IMG/VR virus record: IMGVR_UViG_3300028805_003982
Source: a virus
Lineage: Duplodnaviria > Caudoviricetes
Length of the DNA: 64,000 nt
Reading direction: 5' to 3' (one strand)
Numbering within the stretch: position 1 is the stretch's first letter; the number at the start of each line of letters is the position of its first letter. The notes beneath the pieces are model-generated. The model ran no database searches, was not told the DNA's origin, and saw nothing but the letters and a program-made list of their open reading frames with translations. The translations under genes and the position numbers were made by a program. Positions 38,385 through 47,855 of this stretch are shown piece after piece.

Positions 38385-40669
38385 CGTCGCAAACGTTCTA
38401 CACTACGATCTTTTGGCTCCTCGCCTTTTTACAGGCGGGGTGTGCCTTTTTGGCGTTCCGGTCGGAAAAGTCGATAGGTAAGCACACCGGATGGCTTAAT
38501 CTCGCACTTATTGCGCCAATCGTATCCAATATCGCAATAACCGATTCACATTCTTTTGATGTGTCCCGTTTGGGGTATTATGCTTCTTACATCGGCATGA
38601 CCTGCGTCATGATCGCAGTAGTCAATTTTACCGTCAGCTACTGCCAGAAGGAGAGCGGGCTTCGGTATAAAGGCCTGATACTGATGTACGTTATCGGGGT
38701 CTTTGACATAGTGCAGATCCTGTCAGGCTTTATCTTCGACCACGTCTTTTCTATGGAAACGGTAATGCTGGACGGGCTTCCTTTCATTGCAGACGTACCT
38801 AAATACGGACTGACCATACACAGGGTCTTGTCCTATGTAATGTATTCTTATGCGTTGGTGATCCTTATCATCAACATAGCAAAGACAGCAAAGCTATACA
38901 GAGAAAAATTCGTTGTGATCCTTATAACCCTGCTGGCTGCGGGGATCGCACAGTTTATGTTTATATTTTCGAGAACACCCATAGATAAATCAGTCATATT
39001 ACACGGCATCTTTGGTTTGGTAGTCTACTATTTTTCAATCCATTATCGTCCGTTAAAGCTTCTAGACGCCGTATTGTCCACTGTAGCCTCCGACATGAAC
39101 GATGCCGTCTATGTCTTTGATGCCGACAACAAATGCGTTTGGGCAAACGATCCGGGGTATAAGCTCATCGGCGTTCCGGCGGGGAAGACCGGTCTGGTCA
39201 AAGCGGCTCTCTTTCAGATGTTCGGAGATTTTTCTGACAAAGGAAAGGCTTGGGCGGATGATATATACATTCCTTCGGTTCATGGATATTACATTCTTGA
39301 ACGTAAGGCCGTGGAGACGTCAAGGCTTCAGAACGGTTCGTTCCTTGTTATTAAGGACAGTACGGAGCGGCATAGGGCTTTGGAAAAGGAGTTGTACGCC
39401 TCAACTCACGACGGTCTTACGGGGCTTCACAATATGAGATATCTTTATCAGTGTATAGAAGATATCTTGAAAAAAGAATCTGCCGAGTATTGTGTGCTGT
39501 ATTTGAACCTGAAGAACTTTAAGATCGTAAATGATATATTCGGGAAAAAGTTCGGGGATAAGGTGCTGGTCGAATTGGCACAGTGGATCAAGACCAATCT
39601 TACTGATGAAAGGATCTTGTACGGAAGGCTTATAGGCGATACTTTCGGTATCTTTATGCCGATTGAACTTTTTAATGAAGACATGTTTTTAAAGGATCTG
39701 GCGAATTTTTCCGTCGATAATCAGGTTCATCATCAGATCTGCATCCATACCGGCGTCTATTTCATATCAGACCCCACTGTCGAAGTGTCGGTATTGTTTG
39801 ACCGGGCACATCTTGCCTTAAACAACATAACGGGTAACTATAAGACATATGTGGCTTATTATAATGATGAGCTGCGCAGGTCCCTTATAGAAGAACAGCA
39901 GCTGGTCTCTGACCTCAACGAAGCATTGGCCAATGATCAGATAAAGGCTTATCTGCAGCCCATAGCAGATGTCAACGGCGTTGTAGTCGGCGCAGAGGCC
40001 CTGGCGCGGTGGGAGCATCCTTCATTGGGGTTCTTGTCGCCGTCTAAGTTTATACCCATGTTTGAGAAAAACGGCATGATAATCGAAGTCGACAAGCATA
40101 TCTGGGAATATGTATGTAAGATCCTCAGGCGGTGGAAAGGGGTATACGACAACCTTTTTATATCTTTCAATGTATCGCCTAAGGATTTTTATTACATAGA
40201 TGTCGTAGACGTCATTAAAGGACTCGTCGCAAGATATGAGATAGATCCCGCCAAGCTCAGGATCGAGATCACGGAAACTGCCATGATGTCTGATCCCGAA
40301 GAGAAGATCAAGATCTTTAATGCTCTGAGAAATGCCGGATTCGTGGTTGAAATGGACGATTTCGGCAGCGGATATTCCTCTCTTAATCTCTTAAAGGATA
40401 TGCCGGTCGATGTCTTAAAGATAGATATGGCGTTTCTGTCGTCGGAAGAAAATGACAAATCGGAAACCATTATCCGCAACGTGCTGAACTTATCCAATGA
40501 TCTTAAGATAACCGCTTTGACCGAAGGTGTTGAGACTAAGCAGCAGTATGCCCAATTAGTCGATCTCGGGTGTTCCTTGTTCCAGGGATATTACTTTGCC
40601 AAACCGATGTCAGCAGAAGATTTTGATAAGTTTATAGAAGCTAGGTCATCCGATCCCGGGTCCAAGTAA
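38381..40669 (+). CDS. 7TM-PAS-GGDEF(degenerate)-EAL c-di-GMP signalling protein, likely a phosphodiesterase
   Basis: N-terminal membrane region; HDGLTGL, VNDIFG; IGDTF replaces GGDEF; intact EALARW, IEITE, MDDFGSGYSSL, LKID, EGVET, QGYYF. Confidence 0.9.
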   Translation: MTSQTFYTTIFWLLAFLQAGCAFLAFRSEKSIGKHTGWLNLALIAPIVSNIAITDSHSFDVSRLGYYASYIGMTCVMIAVVNFTVSYCQKESGLRYKGLILMYVIGVFDIVQILSGFIFDHVFSMETVMLDGLPFIADVPKYGLTIHRVLSYVMYSYALVILIINIAKTAKLYREKFVVILITLLAAGIAQFMFIFSRTPIDKSVILHGIFGLVVYYFSIHYRPLKLLDAVLSTVASDMNDAVYVFDADNKCVWANDPGYKLIGVPAGKTGLVKAALFQMFGDFSDKGKAWADDIYIPSVHGYYILERKAVETSRLQNGSFLVIKDSTERHRALEKELYASTHDGLTGLHNMRYLYQCIEDILKKESAEYCVLYLNLKNFKIVNDIFGKKFGDKVLVELAQWIKTNLTDERILYGRLIGDTFGIFMPIELFNEDMFLKDLANFSVDNQVHHQICIHTGVYFISDPTVEVSVLFDRAHLALNNITGNYKTYVAYYNDELRRSLIEEQQLVSDLNEALANDQIKAYLQPIADVNGVVVGAEALARWEHPSLGFLSPSKFIPMFEKNGMIIEVDKHIWEYVCKILRRWKGVYDNLFISFNVSPKDFYYIDVVDVIKGLVARYEIDPAKLRIEITETAMMSDPEEKIKIFNALRNAGFVVEMDDFGSGYSSLNLLKDMPVDVLKIDMAFLSSEENDKSETIIRNVLNLSNDLKITALTEGVETKQQYAQLVDLGCSLFQGYYFAKPMSAEDFDKFIEARSSDPGSK

Positions 40670-40688
40670 CAGGTCCAGGGTAAACCTG

Positions 40689-40717
40689 ACCCTAAATCCG
40701 GGTTATAACGTCATACT
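40689..40717 (+). promoter_or_regulatory. Element-specific promoter (GTTCTA class)
   Basis: ACCCTAAA; 17 bp to CATACT, G at -14. Confidence 0.55.
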
Positions 40718-40756
40718 TTCTGTAGATTAAATCTATCGGCAAAGGAGAAGAGTGTT

Positions 40757-41662
40757 ATGACTATATACAGCCTGGAAGGTTTTTCGTCCCGATTGACAGA
40801 ACGTCTTAAAATGCTTGAGCCGTCGCTTAAAGACTATAATTTCAGGATAGATACCATTGTAAAACAGAATCAGCCGACTTATACCGGTCTTATATGTGAG
40901 CAAAAGGATCATAATCCGGGTAAATATCCGATCTTGGATCTCGATGAAATGTACGAAGCGTATTGTGAAGGCACGTCTATTCAGGAGATCGCAGAGTATT
41001 CGCTGAAATTGATTCATCGCGTCGATAAGGAAACTCCCGATAAATATGAATTTCTCTTGGATTATGAACAGTGCAAAGGTATGTTGTATGTACAGCTTAT
41101 GGCAAAAGATAATGTTATGGGAGAGGTTCCTTATCAGATGCTTGATGACCTGGCCGTAGTCTGCTATGTCCACATTGATCTGGGGCCGGACCGCTACGGA
41201 CGCACCGCCGTTAATGATTCTTTGATCAAGTTATGGGGCGTGTCGCCCAAAGAAGTATTCGATCAGGCGTTCAAAAACTCGCCTAAAATCGACCCTGCCG
41301 TTGCTGTTCCCATGGCAGACATCCTTCCTTCCGGCGTTCCGGATGAATTGGGTATGGTAATCCTTTCCAATCGTCAGACCCGTTGCGGATGCGGCGTTAT
41401 CTGCCAGCAGGGTTTTCTTGATAAGGTAGATAAAGAGTTCTTTGACGGCAAGGGAATGATCCTCATTCCGGAAAGCGTTGATTCTTTCCTTGCACTGCCT
41501 TTAGATATCGACATCGAGTCGGAGGCTATCAAAGCGATTATAGATCATTGCAATCGTGGTCTTGACCCGAGTCAGGTGCTTTCCAACCATCTTTACACAT
41601 ATAGTAAGGATCTTGGGTTCCAGAGTCTTGAAAACAGCGGACTTGATGGTTTTTCGAGGTGA
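40757..41662 (+). CDS. DUF5688-family protein
   Basis: VKQN...TGL, P.L.LDEMYEAY, P....DDLAV, WGV..EVFDQA..N, ILSN, LS.H.Y.Y pattern. Confidence 0.75.
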   Translation: MTIYSLEGFSSRLTERLKMLEPSLKDYNFRIDTIVKQNQPTYTGLICEQKDHNPGKYPILDLDEMYEAYCEGTSIQEIAEYSLKLIHRVDKETPDKYEFLLDYEQCKGMLYVQLMAKDNVMGEVPYQMLDDLAVVCYVHIDLGPDRYGRTAVNDSLIKLWGVSPKEVFDQAFKNSPKIDPAVAVPMADILPSGVPDELGMVILSNRQTRCGCGVICQQGFLDKVDKEFFDGKGMILIPESVDSFLALPLDIDIESEAIKAIIDHCNRGLDPSQVLSNHLYTYSKDLGFQSLENSGLDGFSR

Positions 41663-41667
41663 TCAAA

Positions 41668-42021
41668 ATGGCTAAAAAGAAAGATTACGGCGGAGCTTGG
41701 GATGTAGATCCTGAAATGTACTGGAGTATGGAAGACCTTAGAGAACTTTCTTCTTCAGTAGCTGAAGCAATGTGTGGCATAGACGGGCTGGAGAGTTTTT
41801 GTGTCACCGATGTCTATTGTGATGCCGATAACAATCTGACCATTGAAGGAGAGTCTTCTTGCGGTACTGTTTCGGTAACTGAAAAGATCGACCTTCGTAA
41901 GGCCAAGACCTGCAAGGAGCTCGTGGATAAGTACACGTCTGTTTTTGTTGAAAGTCTTTTGGCAGGAACGGAATCAAACAAGATCGATATGGCTGAGTAT
42001 TACTCAGGGTTGGGGGAATAA
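41668..42021 (+). CDS. Hypothetical acidic protein
   Basis: GAGGTG RBS. Confidence 0.7.
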   Translation: MAKKKDYGGAWDVDPEMYWSMEDLRELSSSVAEAMCGIDGLESFCVTDVYCDADNNLTIEGESSCGTVSVTEKIDLRKAKTCKELVDKYTSVFVESLLAGTESNKIDMAEYYSGLGE

Positions 42022-42023
42022 TC

Positions 42024-42773
42024 ATGTCTGATGTAAATGGCGAGAGTTTTAAGGCTCAGATATCTGAAAAGTTTAACGTAGTACCTTCGGCAAATATTGC
42101 CGGGCGCTATGTTATTGTGTACAGACAGACAGGAGCCGTTGCAGACGACGCTGACGGACACGGCTATACTTCTCCTGCAGCTGCTTGGAAAAGTCTTTAT
42201 CATAAGGTCAATGAGCATGAAATCACTTTAACCGATACCAAAAGTCCCGACGCTTTTCGTCTTGAGCGTATCAGTAATTATAAAGAGCACAAGAAAGCTG
42301 TTGATCAGGAAGCAAAACATAATATAAACAAACAGTTCAGGACTCTGATGCCCAGGATCGAAAGGGCTTTGGTGACTTTGGATGCCGCGATTACTGCAGG
42401 GGTTGTTTCTGCAAACCGGTATTATGCCAGAAGTGTAGGAAACTATTCTACTATTCATTTTATACCTTCTAACGGTGATGCGGGAGCTTTTCTCGTTATG
42501 ACTAATACTTCTATGACGCAGTCTCTGGAAAGCGATATTCCGTGCGGTGTGAGTGTCGATGCTAAAGGGGCCAAGTTTGTTTCTTTTGATCATACTACGG
42601 GTGAAAGAGCCGTTTTAAAAAATCTGCACGTCTGCGTAGCACAGCGTTGTACGAATGCTTTTATGAAGGTATACGACGAGTGGGAGAAAACAGTTTTATC
42701 TGAAATAGATGCCGAATTGGACAGAGTCTACGGTAAATCAAGTGAAACCGGCCCGGAAGGGACCTCATTATAA
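42024..42773 (+). CDS. Hypothetical protein (...EGTSL)
   Basis: Coupled ORF, 249 aa. Confidence 0.75.
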   Translation: MSDVNGESFKAQISEKFNVVPSANIAGRYVIVYRQTGAVADDADGHGYTSPAAAWKSLYHKVNEHEITLTDTKSPDAFRLERISNYKEHKKAVDQEAKHNINKQFRTLMPRIERALVTLDAAITAGVVSANRYYARSVGNYSTIHFIPSNGDAGAFLVMTNTSMTQSLESDIPCGVSVDAKGAKFVSFDHTTGERAVLKNLHVCVAQRCTNAFMKVYDEWEKTVLSEIDAELDRVYGKSSETGPEGTSL

Positions 42774-42797
42774 AATAAACAGGAGGCTTGTTGCAAA

Positions 42798-43376
42798 ATG
42801 GAAAACAACAATTATTTTAAAGAAATCTATGACAGACTTTATGAGCTTGGTAAAGACTTTATCCCGTCGACTAAGCAGGAATGGGAGAATGACTGGGCAA
42901 AAAGCACATGCGGAGAAGACGACAGAGGTCTTTTCTTGTTAGAGGATTCCATGGCTTTTGTGGCAGGTAAGTTGCATATTACAAAAGGCATGTCTCCTGA
43001 AGATATCATCTGTGAGATCGAGTCGTGGCCGGAAGTCAAAAAGTCTTCTTCAGTTGACAGTGTGCTGGTTTCATACAGGGTATATGAAGGCGTAAAGGAA
43101 TGGAAGGTCAGAGGTGACTGGAAGACCGCTTTAGACGGGGTTAGTGCAGGGCATAGGCTGTCCTCCGTTATCGGATACGGATTCTATAAAGAGGATATTA
43201 CCGAACTGGCCAAGCTTTATAAGAGCGATGGCGTAAATGAATACGGGCATCTTACGGAGCGGCAGCAGAAGATCTACGACCTTTTGGAGGATTGCAATTT
43301 CCATAAAGAGTGCGGTGACTTCATTGATGGCCGGTTTGATGAATACATTACCGATTCTAATGATCTCGGAGTTTAA
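42798..43376 (+). CDS. Hypothetical protein (...NDLGV)
   Basis: AGGAGG RBS; LEDCNFH motif. Confidence 0.75.
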   Translation: MENNNYFKEIYDRLYELGKDFIPSTKQEWENDWAKSTCGEDDRGLFLLEDSMAFVAGKLHITKGMSPEDIICEIESWPEVKKSSSVDSVLVSYRVYEGVKEWKVRGDWKTALDGVSAGHRLSSVIGYGFYKEDITELAKLYKSDGVNEYGHLTERQQKIYDLLEDCNFHKECGDFIDGRFDEYITDSNDLGV

Positions 43377-43391
43377 AGGAGGATATGGATA

Positions 43392-43823
43392 ATGGATAGA
43401 AACGAAGCTTACAGCAGGTTCTGCAAAGAGGAAAAGAAGAATAAGGAAGACCTTGTTACTTCCTTTAACAACAGAGCTGCAGAGACAGTTGATTTTTGCA
43501 GTATGCTTTTAGACATTGAGAGTAGAGGCTACGACGTCAGACCCATTATTCCCAAGTTTGAGATCAATGTATATAACATACCTGGCAGGGAAGGAAACAC
43601 TGCTTTCATTACGTATATCAAGAATCCTGAGAATGCTCAGGTCGAGCGTTTCGCTTGGAATTCGGATGAAATGCGCTTTTATAAGCCTCAGCAGGACGAT
43701 AAGGTCCTGTCTGCCAAGACGATCGAAGATTTTATCACAGAATTTGACGGCTTTAAGGCAGTATGTCTTCGCGGTATTGATCAGATCATCGGTTACGATG
43801 ACCGTCCCGCACACGGCATGTAA
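43392..43823 (+). CDS. Hypothetical protein (...PAHGM)
   Basis: AAGGAGG RBS. Confidence 0.75.
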   Translation: MDRNEAYSRFCKEEKKNKEDLVTSFNNRAAETVDFCSMLLDIESRGYDVRPIIPKFEINVYNIPGREGNTAFITYIKNPENAQVERFAWNSDEMRFYKPQQDDKVLSAKTIEDFITEFDGFKAVCLRGIDQIIGYDDRPAHGM

Positions 43824-43834
43824 GGAGGTTTGAT

Positions 43835-44080
43835 ATGGCTTCGAAAAAGAATACAAAGAAAAAATCCGCGAAAACTGCTGAGCTCGGCGAGACTTTTTTA
43901 GTTCTTCGGGTTCCCAAAGACACCGTGCGCATCGATCTGAAAGCGACTGTCCTGCAGGACGATTCCAGTCTGCTTAAAGTGAGCAGGAAGTTCGGCCCGG
44001 GGGAGATAGCACAGATGCGAAGTGATTTTTTGATCATGAGTCCGGCGGAAAACGAGGGGTTTTTACCTTTTGAACTGTAA
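43835..44080 (+). CDS. Hypothetical protein (...LPFEL)
   Basis: AAGGAGG RBS. Confidence 0.7.
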   Translation: MASKKNTKKKSAKTAELGETFLVLRVPKDTVRIDLKATVLQDDSSLLKVSRKFGPGEIAQMRSDFLIMSPAENEGFLPFEL

Positions 44081-44099
44081 TTAGAGGAGAATAACCAGT

Positions 44100-44534
44100 A
44101 TGGATAATGGTTTTGAGAACAAGTATAAGCTTTTGAACGCTTCTGCGGTCCGCGGTGTGGTCGAGGGGCTTTGCAAAGAAGCCGGGATCAGTGAAGATGC
44201 TATGAAAAAGCTTTTAAACACGATAGACGAGATGCCCGACATGTCAGTTATGAATGTGGGTAAGGGAAGGCTCAGGTTATATGCGTTAAACGACGCAGAT
44301 GAAAAAGAGTGCGGCATTGTATATGAAAACGCTAACGGCGATATTGCCGATCTTTTCTATGTCAAAGGTCGTACGGACCCTGAAGACCTTGTGTTTAAGC
44401 ATGAGCCTGACAGCGCGGATATGAGATGTTATGTGTATTCAGATCCTCTGACCGAGGATTACTCAGAGGATTTTAATATGAGCTCTGCCGATTTTGAAAA
44501 GGGCTTTGGAAATGATCATATAGAAGGACTTTAA
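44100..44534 (+). CDS. Hypothetical protein (...HIEGL)
   Basis: GAGGAG RBS. Confidence 0.72.
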   Translation: MDNGFENKYKLLNASAVRGVVEGLCKEAGISEDAMKKLLNTIDEMPDMSVMNVGKGRLRLYALNDADEKECGIVYENANGDIADLFYVKGRTDPEDLVFKHEPDSADMRCYVYSDPLTEDYSEDFNMSSADFEKGFGNDHIEGL

Positions 44535-44546
44535 CGGAGGTGTGTT

Positions 44547-44843
44547 ATGGAACTTGGTGAATCTAAGTTTGAGCTTGGTACAACCTTGGTTACCGGCGGG
44601 GTATCTCAGATAATGGAAAGCAACCCCGTTTTTGCTAAGGAAGTATATGAGTGCTTGAGCAGGTACGCGCAAGGCGATTGGGGCGTCGTTGATCCTGAGG
44701 ATGCCAAGATGAATGATGCTGCGTTAGACCCTGAAGAGCCCGATCGCATTCTGGCGGCTTATAACACTTCAGCAGGGAAGATATGGATAATTACCGAATG
44801 GGATCGTTCCGCTACAACGGTTCTTTTCCCGAATGAATACTGA
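44547..44843 (+). CDS. Conserved small plasmid/ICE-associated protein
   Basis: F.LG....T.G...L.R...GDWG....D...N..AL...IWIITEWDRSATT.LFPNEY signature. Confidence 0.8.
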   Translation: MELGESKFELGTTLVTGGVSQIMESNPVFAKEVYECLSRYAQGDWGVVDPEDAKMNDAALDPEEPDRILAAYNTSAGKIWIITEWDRSATTVLFPNEY

Positions 44844-44869
44844 CATAAGATCAGTAAAGGAGTAATAAA

Positions 44870-45199
44870 ATGGACAGAGTTTATGATTTTACTTTGACTA
44901 AAGTCGGCGAAGATCTTTACTCTTTGGATTGCAACAGCCTTAAAATGCCTGACGGTTCTTTAAAGTTGCTTCACAATGAAGTTGCGGTTGATTTTAAAGT
45001 AACCGAAGACGGGTTTCAGATACTTTCCGGATGGCACATAGGTACAGAGGATTTTGATTTTGAAGAAGGCGATTCCTGGGATGATTATGTAGAATATTAT
45101 CACCCCGGAATAACTGAGCAGGTAAGATCTGAAATGAAAAGAATGGAAGAGTGCGGAGTGGATTGTAATAGAAAGACAAATGACGGACAGAGTCTTTGA
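44870..45199 (+). CDS. Hypothetical protein (...DGQSL)
   Basis: AAGGAG RBS. Confidence 0.72.
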   Translation: MDRVYDFTLTKVGEDLYSLDCNSLKMPDGSLKLLHNEVAVDFKVTEDGFQILSGWHIGTEDFDFEEGDSWDDYVEYYHPGITEQVRSEMKRMEECGVDCNRKTNDGQSL

Positions 45200-45213
45200 A
45201 GGAGGGATTTAAT

Positions 45214-46317
45214 ATGGGTCAATTCTCATGGCTTGATTGTTGTGATCATCGGCAGCAGATCTTAGACGGATTTGCAAAGACTTCATATCTTTTGGTGCCT
45301 CAGGAGTTCCAGGATGAATACGGTTCCAGTATTGAAGAATCCTGTTATGACGGGTACGGCATCTTTGGAAAATATGATGTCTATGACCTTGTTGCCGACT
45401 GGAATAAAAAGTACATCAATCTGGATAATTTTACCAGTAAGGGCCTTGATATAGGCTCTCCCGAAAGCTATGGCGGACTCTGGCCTTTTGAAAAAGAAAA
45501 GCTTGTTAAATCGGGTTTATCACCTGAAGAGATAGCGAATTTAGATAAAGAGGCAAAACAGATGCACTACGACGCCGCTAAACAGCGTGCGGAACATGAT
45601 CTGAAGCAGATCAAAGATTTCTGCGAAGGCAAGCCTGATTCATATATGAGGAAAACATACGGCGATGATTACAAGCGTCTTATTGGCATTACGCTTGCCT
45701 GCTGGGACGAGGATAATTTCAAGCTTAAATATCCCATTAAGATAACATATTATTCAGGTGCGATCTACGAAAACTGCGGGCCGTCTCCTTCAGACCCCAA
45801 TCAGGGTTGGTTTGACGCTGACAGGCAGATAAAACCGATAGTTGCAGAGTGGCTTGGCCGTCAGGAAGACGCGCTGATCGAGGCGATGGACGATCTGGAC
45901 GCTGACGATGCTTCGTTCGAGAATGTGGATTGCGAGGATCTTCTGGTCTGGATAGGTGAGCATCCCCGCCTTTGTAAGAGTATGATGAATTACTTGGATT
46001 TTGACGTTCGCTCCTGGATCTGGGAGATAACCGGAGATTACGACTTCGGTGATTACGGAAGATATAAGATCACGAATCTTTCATGGCAGCAGGGCGGCAA
46101 ACAGCACGCGTTGACCTTGATCGCTGAAGGTCCGTCAGAGATCATACTTCCTGAGAGATTTAATTATCTTGTCGAAGGTACATCCTGTGGTGATATGGAC
46201 GACTTGTACGACCGTATCAGTGAATATGTGCATAGCAAAACGGGGATGTCTTGTGACAAGTCTTTTAAGATTGAGGGTTTTGATATCAATAATGGCCCTG
46301 ACAGACCTTCTTTATAA
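45214..46317 (+). CDS. Hypothetical protein (MGQFSW N-terminus; ...DRPSL)
   Basis: AAGGAGG RBS; YDGYG.FG.YDVY, S.SDPNQG motifs. Confidence 0.8.
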   Translation: MGQFSWLDCCDHRQQILDGFAKTSYLLVPQEFQDEYGSSIEESCYDGYGIFGKYDVYDLVADWNKKYINLDNFTSKGLDIGSPESYGGLWPFEKEKLVKSGLSPEEIANLDKEAKQMHYDAAKQRAEHDLKQIKDFCEGKPDSYMRKTYGDDYKRLIGITLACWDEDNFKLKYPIKITYYSGAIYENCGPSPSDPNQGWFDADRQIKPIVAEWLGRQEDALIEAMDDLDADDASFENVDCEDLLVWIGEHPRLCKSMMNYLDFDVRSWIWEITGDYDFGDYGRYKITNLSWQQGGKQHALTLIAEGPSEIILPERFNYLVEGTSCGDMDDLYDRISEYVHSKTGMSCDKSFKIEGFDINNGPDRPSL

Positions 46318-46339
46318 GCAGTGGAAAGGGGATACCGAT

Positions 46340-46807
46340 ATGCAGTTATCTGTCTTTGATGATCCTGAGTTTGATCCTTCAACGACTTTTGTTCCGGGCT
46401 ACGAATTACAGCCCGGCGATCTTCATATAGGAGAGGCTTTGTCTTTTGATTCTTTAGCAGACCTTGTAGGGAAGAACGTTGTCTTGGATGACGGGAATAC
46501 CATAAGGGTCGTTCATATAACTTGGTTTGCCAAGGATATTAATCCGGTCTACGGGTGCGGAAATAATCCGCCTGACAAGAAATACGGACCGATCGTCAAC
46601 TCATACGTTTATGATGACTTGAATGCAAAAGTGGTTATCCCCGATTACTATTCCCAGGTCGGGCTTGAATCCCGGGTAGGTTATGAAGACAACCGTAAAG
46701 AATGGTTTATTTCTTCTGAGTTGTGGACTTACGGCGGCAGGTGGGATGATTTTGTTCAGGCCGGCAACCGTTTCTATGCGTTAGACCTTTCGCCCGACAA
46801 TTCCTGA
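46340..46807 (+). CDS. Hypothetical protein with N-terminal QLSVF (beta-clamp-binding-like) motif
   Basis: AAAGGGG RBS before ATG 46340; MQLSVFD. Confidence 0.7.
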   Translation: MQLSVFDDPEFDPSTTFVPGYELQPGDLHIGEALSFDSLADLVGKNVVLDDGNTIRVVHITWFAKDINPVYGCGNNPPDKKYGPIVNSYVYDDLNAKVVIPDYYSQVGLESRVGYEDNRKEWFISSELWTYGGRWDDFVQAGNRFYALDLSPDNS

Positions 46808-46853
46808 TTTTTGCGTTATAATATGTAGTATAACTTTAAGGTATACCAGGAGT

Positions 46854-47855
46854 GTGAATATGACTGAGTCTCAGATTAATGAAACCCGCCTCATTTTGGC
46901 GGCCGTTGAACGGGGGTGCCCTAACCCTATGCTGATAGGGTATGGCGGCAGCATTGCCTATGGAACGTCTACTGATACTTCGGACGTTGATATACGCGGG
47001 ATCTATGTTAATCCGATAGAAGAATTTATTGGTCTTTATCCTGATTCAGAACAGTTCATGCTTCAGGAATACGATGTTACCATATATAGCCTTAAGAAAA
47101 TGATGAAGCTCCTGGCAGACTGTAATCCCAATACGATAGAGCTGTTAGGTCTTAAGCCTGACCAGTATCTGTTTATAAGCGGAGCAGGTAAGCACCTTCT
47201 TGATCATTCGGATCTGTTCCTTTCTAAGAAGGCCGGATATACATTCGGCTGTTATGCACGTTCTCAGCTTAACAGATTAATGAATAAATCCGGACGGGCC
47301 GTTTCTGCCGTCGTCTCCAACGAAGCACGGTCTCTTACCAACGCGTTAGCGTCGCTTAAACAGAAGGAAGGCATAGAGGGGGTTACGGTCAATACAGATG
47401 ACAAGAACGGCGTTGTACTGACTATTAACGGGTCTTTTTCTATAGATAAGGCCACCCGTTTATTCGGAGAGATAAACAACATCCATTCGGATTACAAAAA
47501 GAGTCATCGCAACGATAAGGCTGTTGCGCACAACAAGATCGGTAAGCACATGATGCATCTTGTCAGGCTGTATCTGATGGGCATCGACATCCTTAAAGAC
47601 CACAAGATCGTTACTTATCGTCCTGAGCATGACCTTTTGATGGATATAAGAAACGGCAGATACTTTGAATCAGACGGAGTCACACCAAACGCGGCATTTA
47701 ACCGTCTGGTATCAGATCTGTCAAAACAGTTCGATGACGCTTGGAAAAACTCAACTCTTCCCGAGTATCCGGATAATGATAAGCTTAATGCGCTTATGAT
47801 GAATTGTGTATGCGAAAGTTTAGGTATTGAAATAAATGAACTCGATCTCTTCTGA
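46854..47855 (+). CDS. Pol-beta superfamily nucleotidyltransferase (RlaP/YcgL-like)
   Basis: GGSIAYGTST.TSDVDIRGI, NPNTIELL, K.MMHLVRL..MG..IL. Confidence 0.85.
   Translation: MNMTESQINETRLILAAVERGCPNPMLIGYGGSIAYGTSTDTSDVDIRGIYVNPIEEFIGLYPDSEQFMLQEYDVTIYSLKKMMKLLADCNPNTIELLGLKPDQYLFISGAGKHLLDHSDLFLSKKAGYTFGCYARSQLNRLMNKSGRAVSAVVSNEARSLTNALASLKQKEGIEGVTVNTDDKNGVVLTINGSFSIDKATRLFGEINNIHSDYKKSHRNDKAVAHNKIGKHMMHLVRLYLMGIDILKDHKIVTYRPEHDLLMDIRNGRYFESDGVTPNAAFNRLVSDLSKQFDDAWKNSTLPEYPDNDKLNALMMNCVCESLGIEINELDLF

Noticed and set aside
38381-40669. Active diguanylate cyclase
   Set aside because: The signature reads IGDTF instead of GG(D/E)EF; only the EAL domain looks intact.
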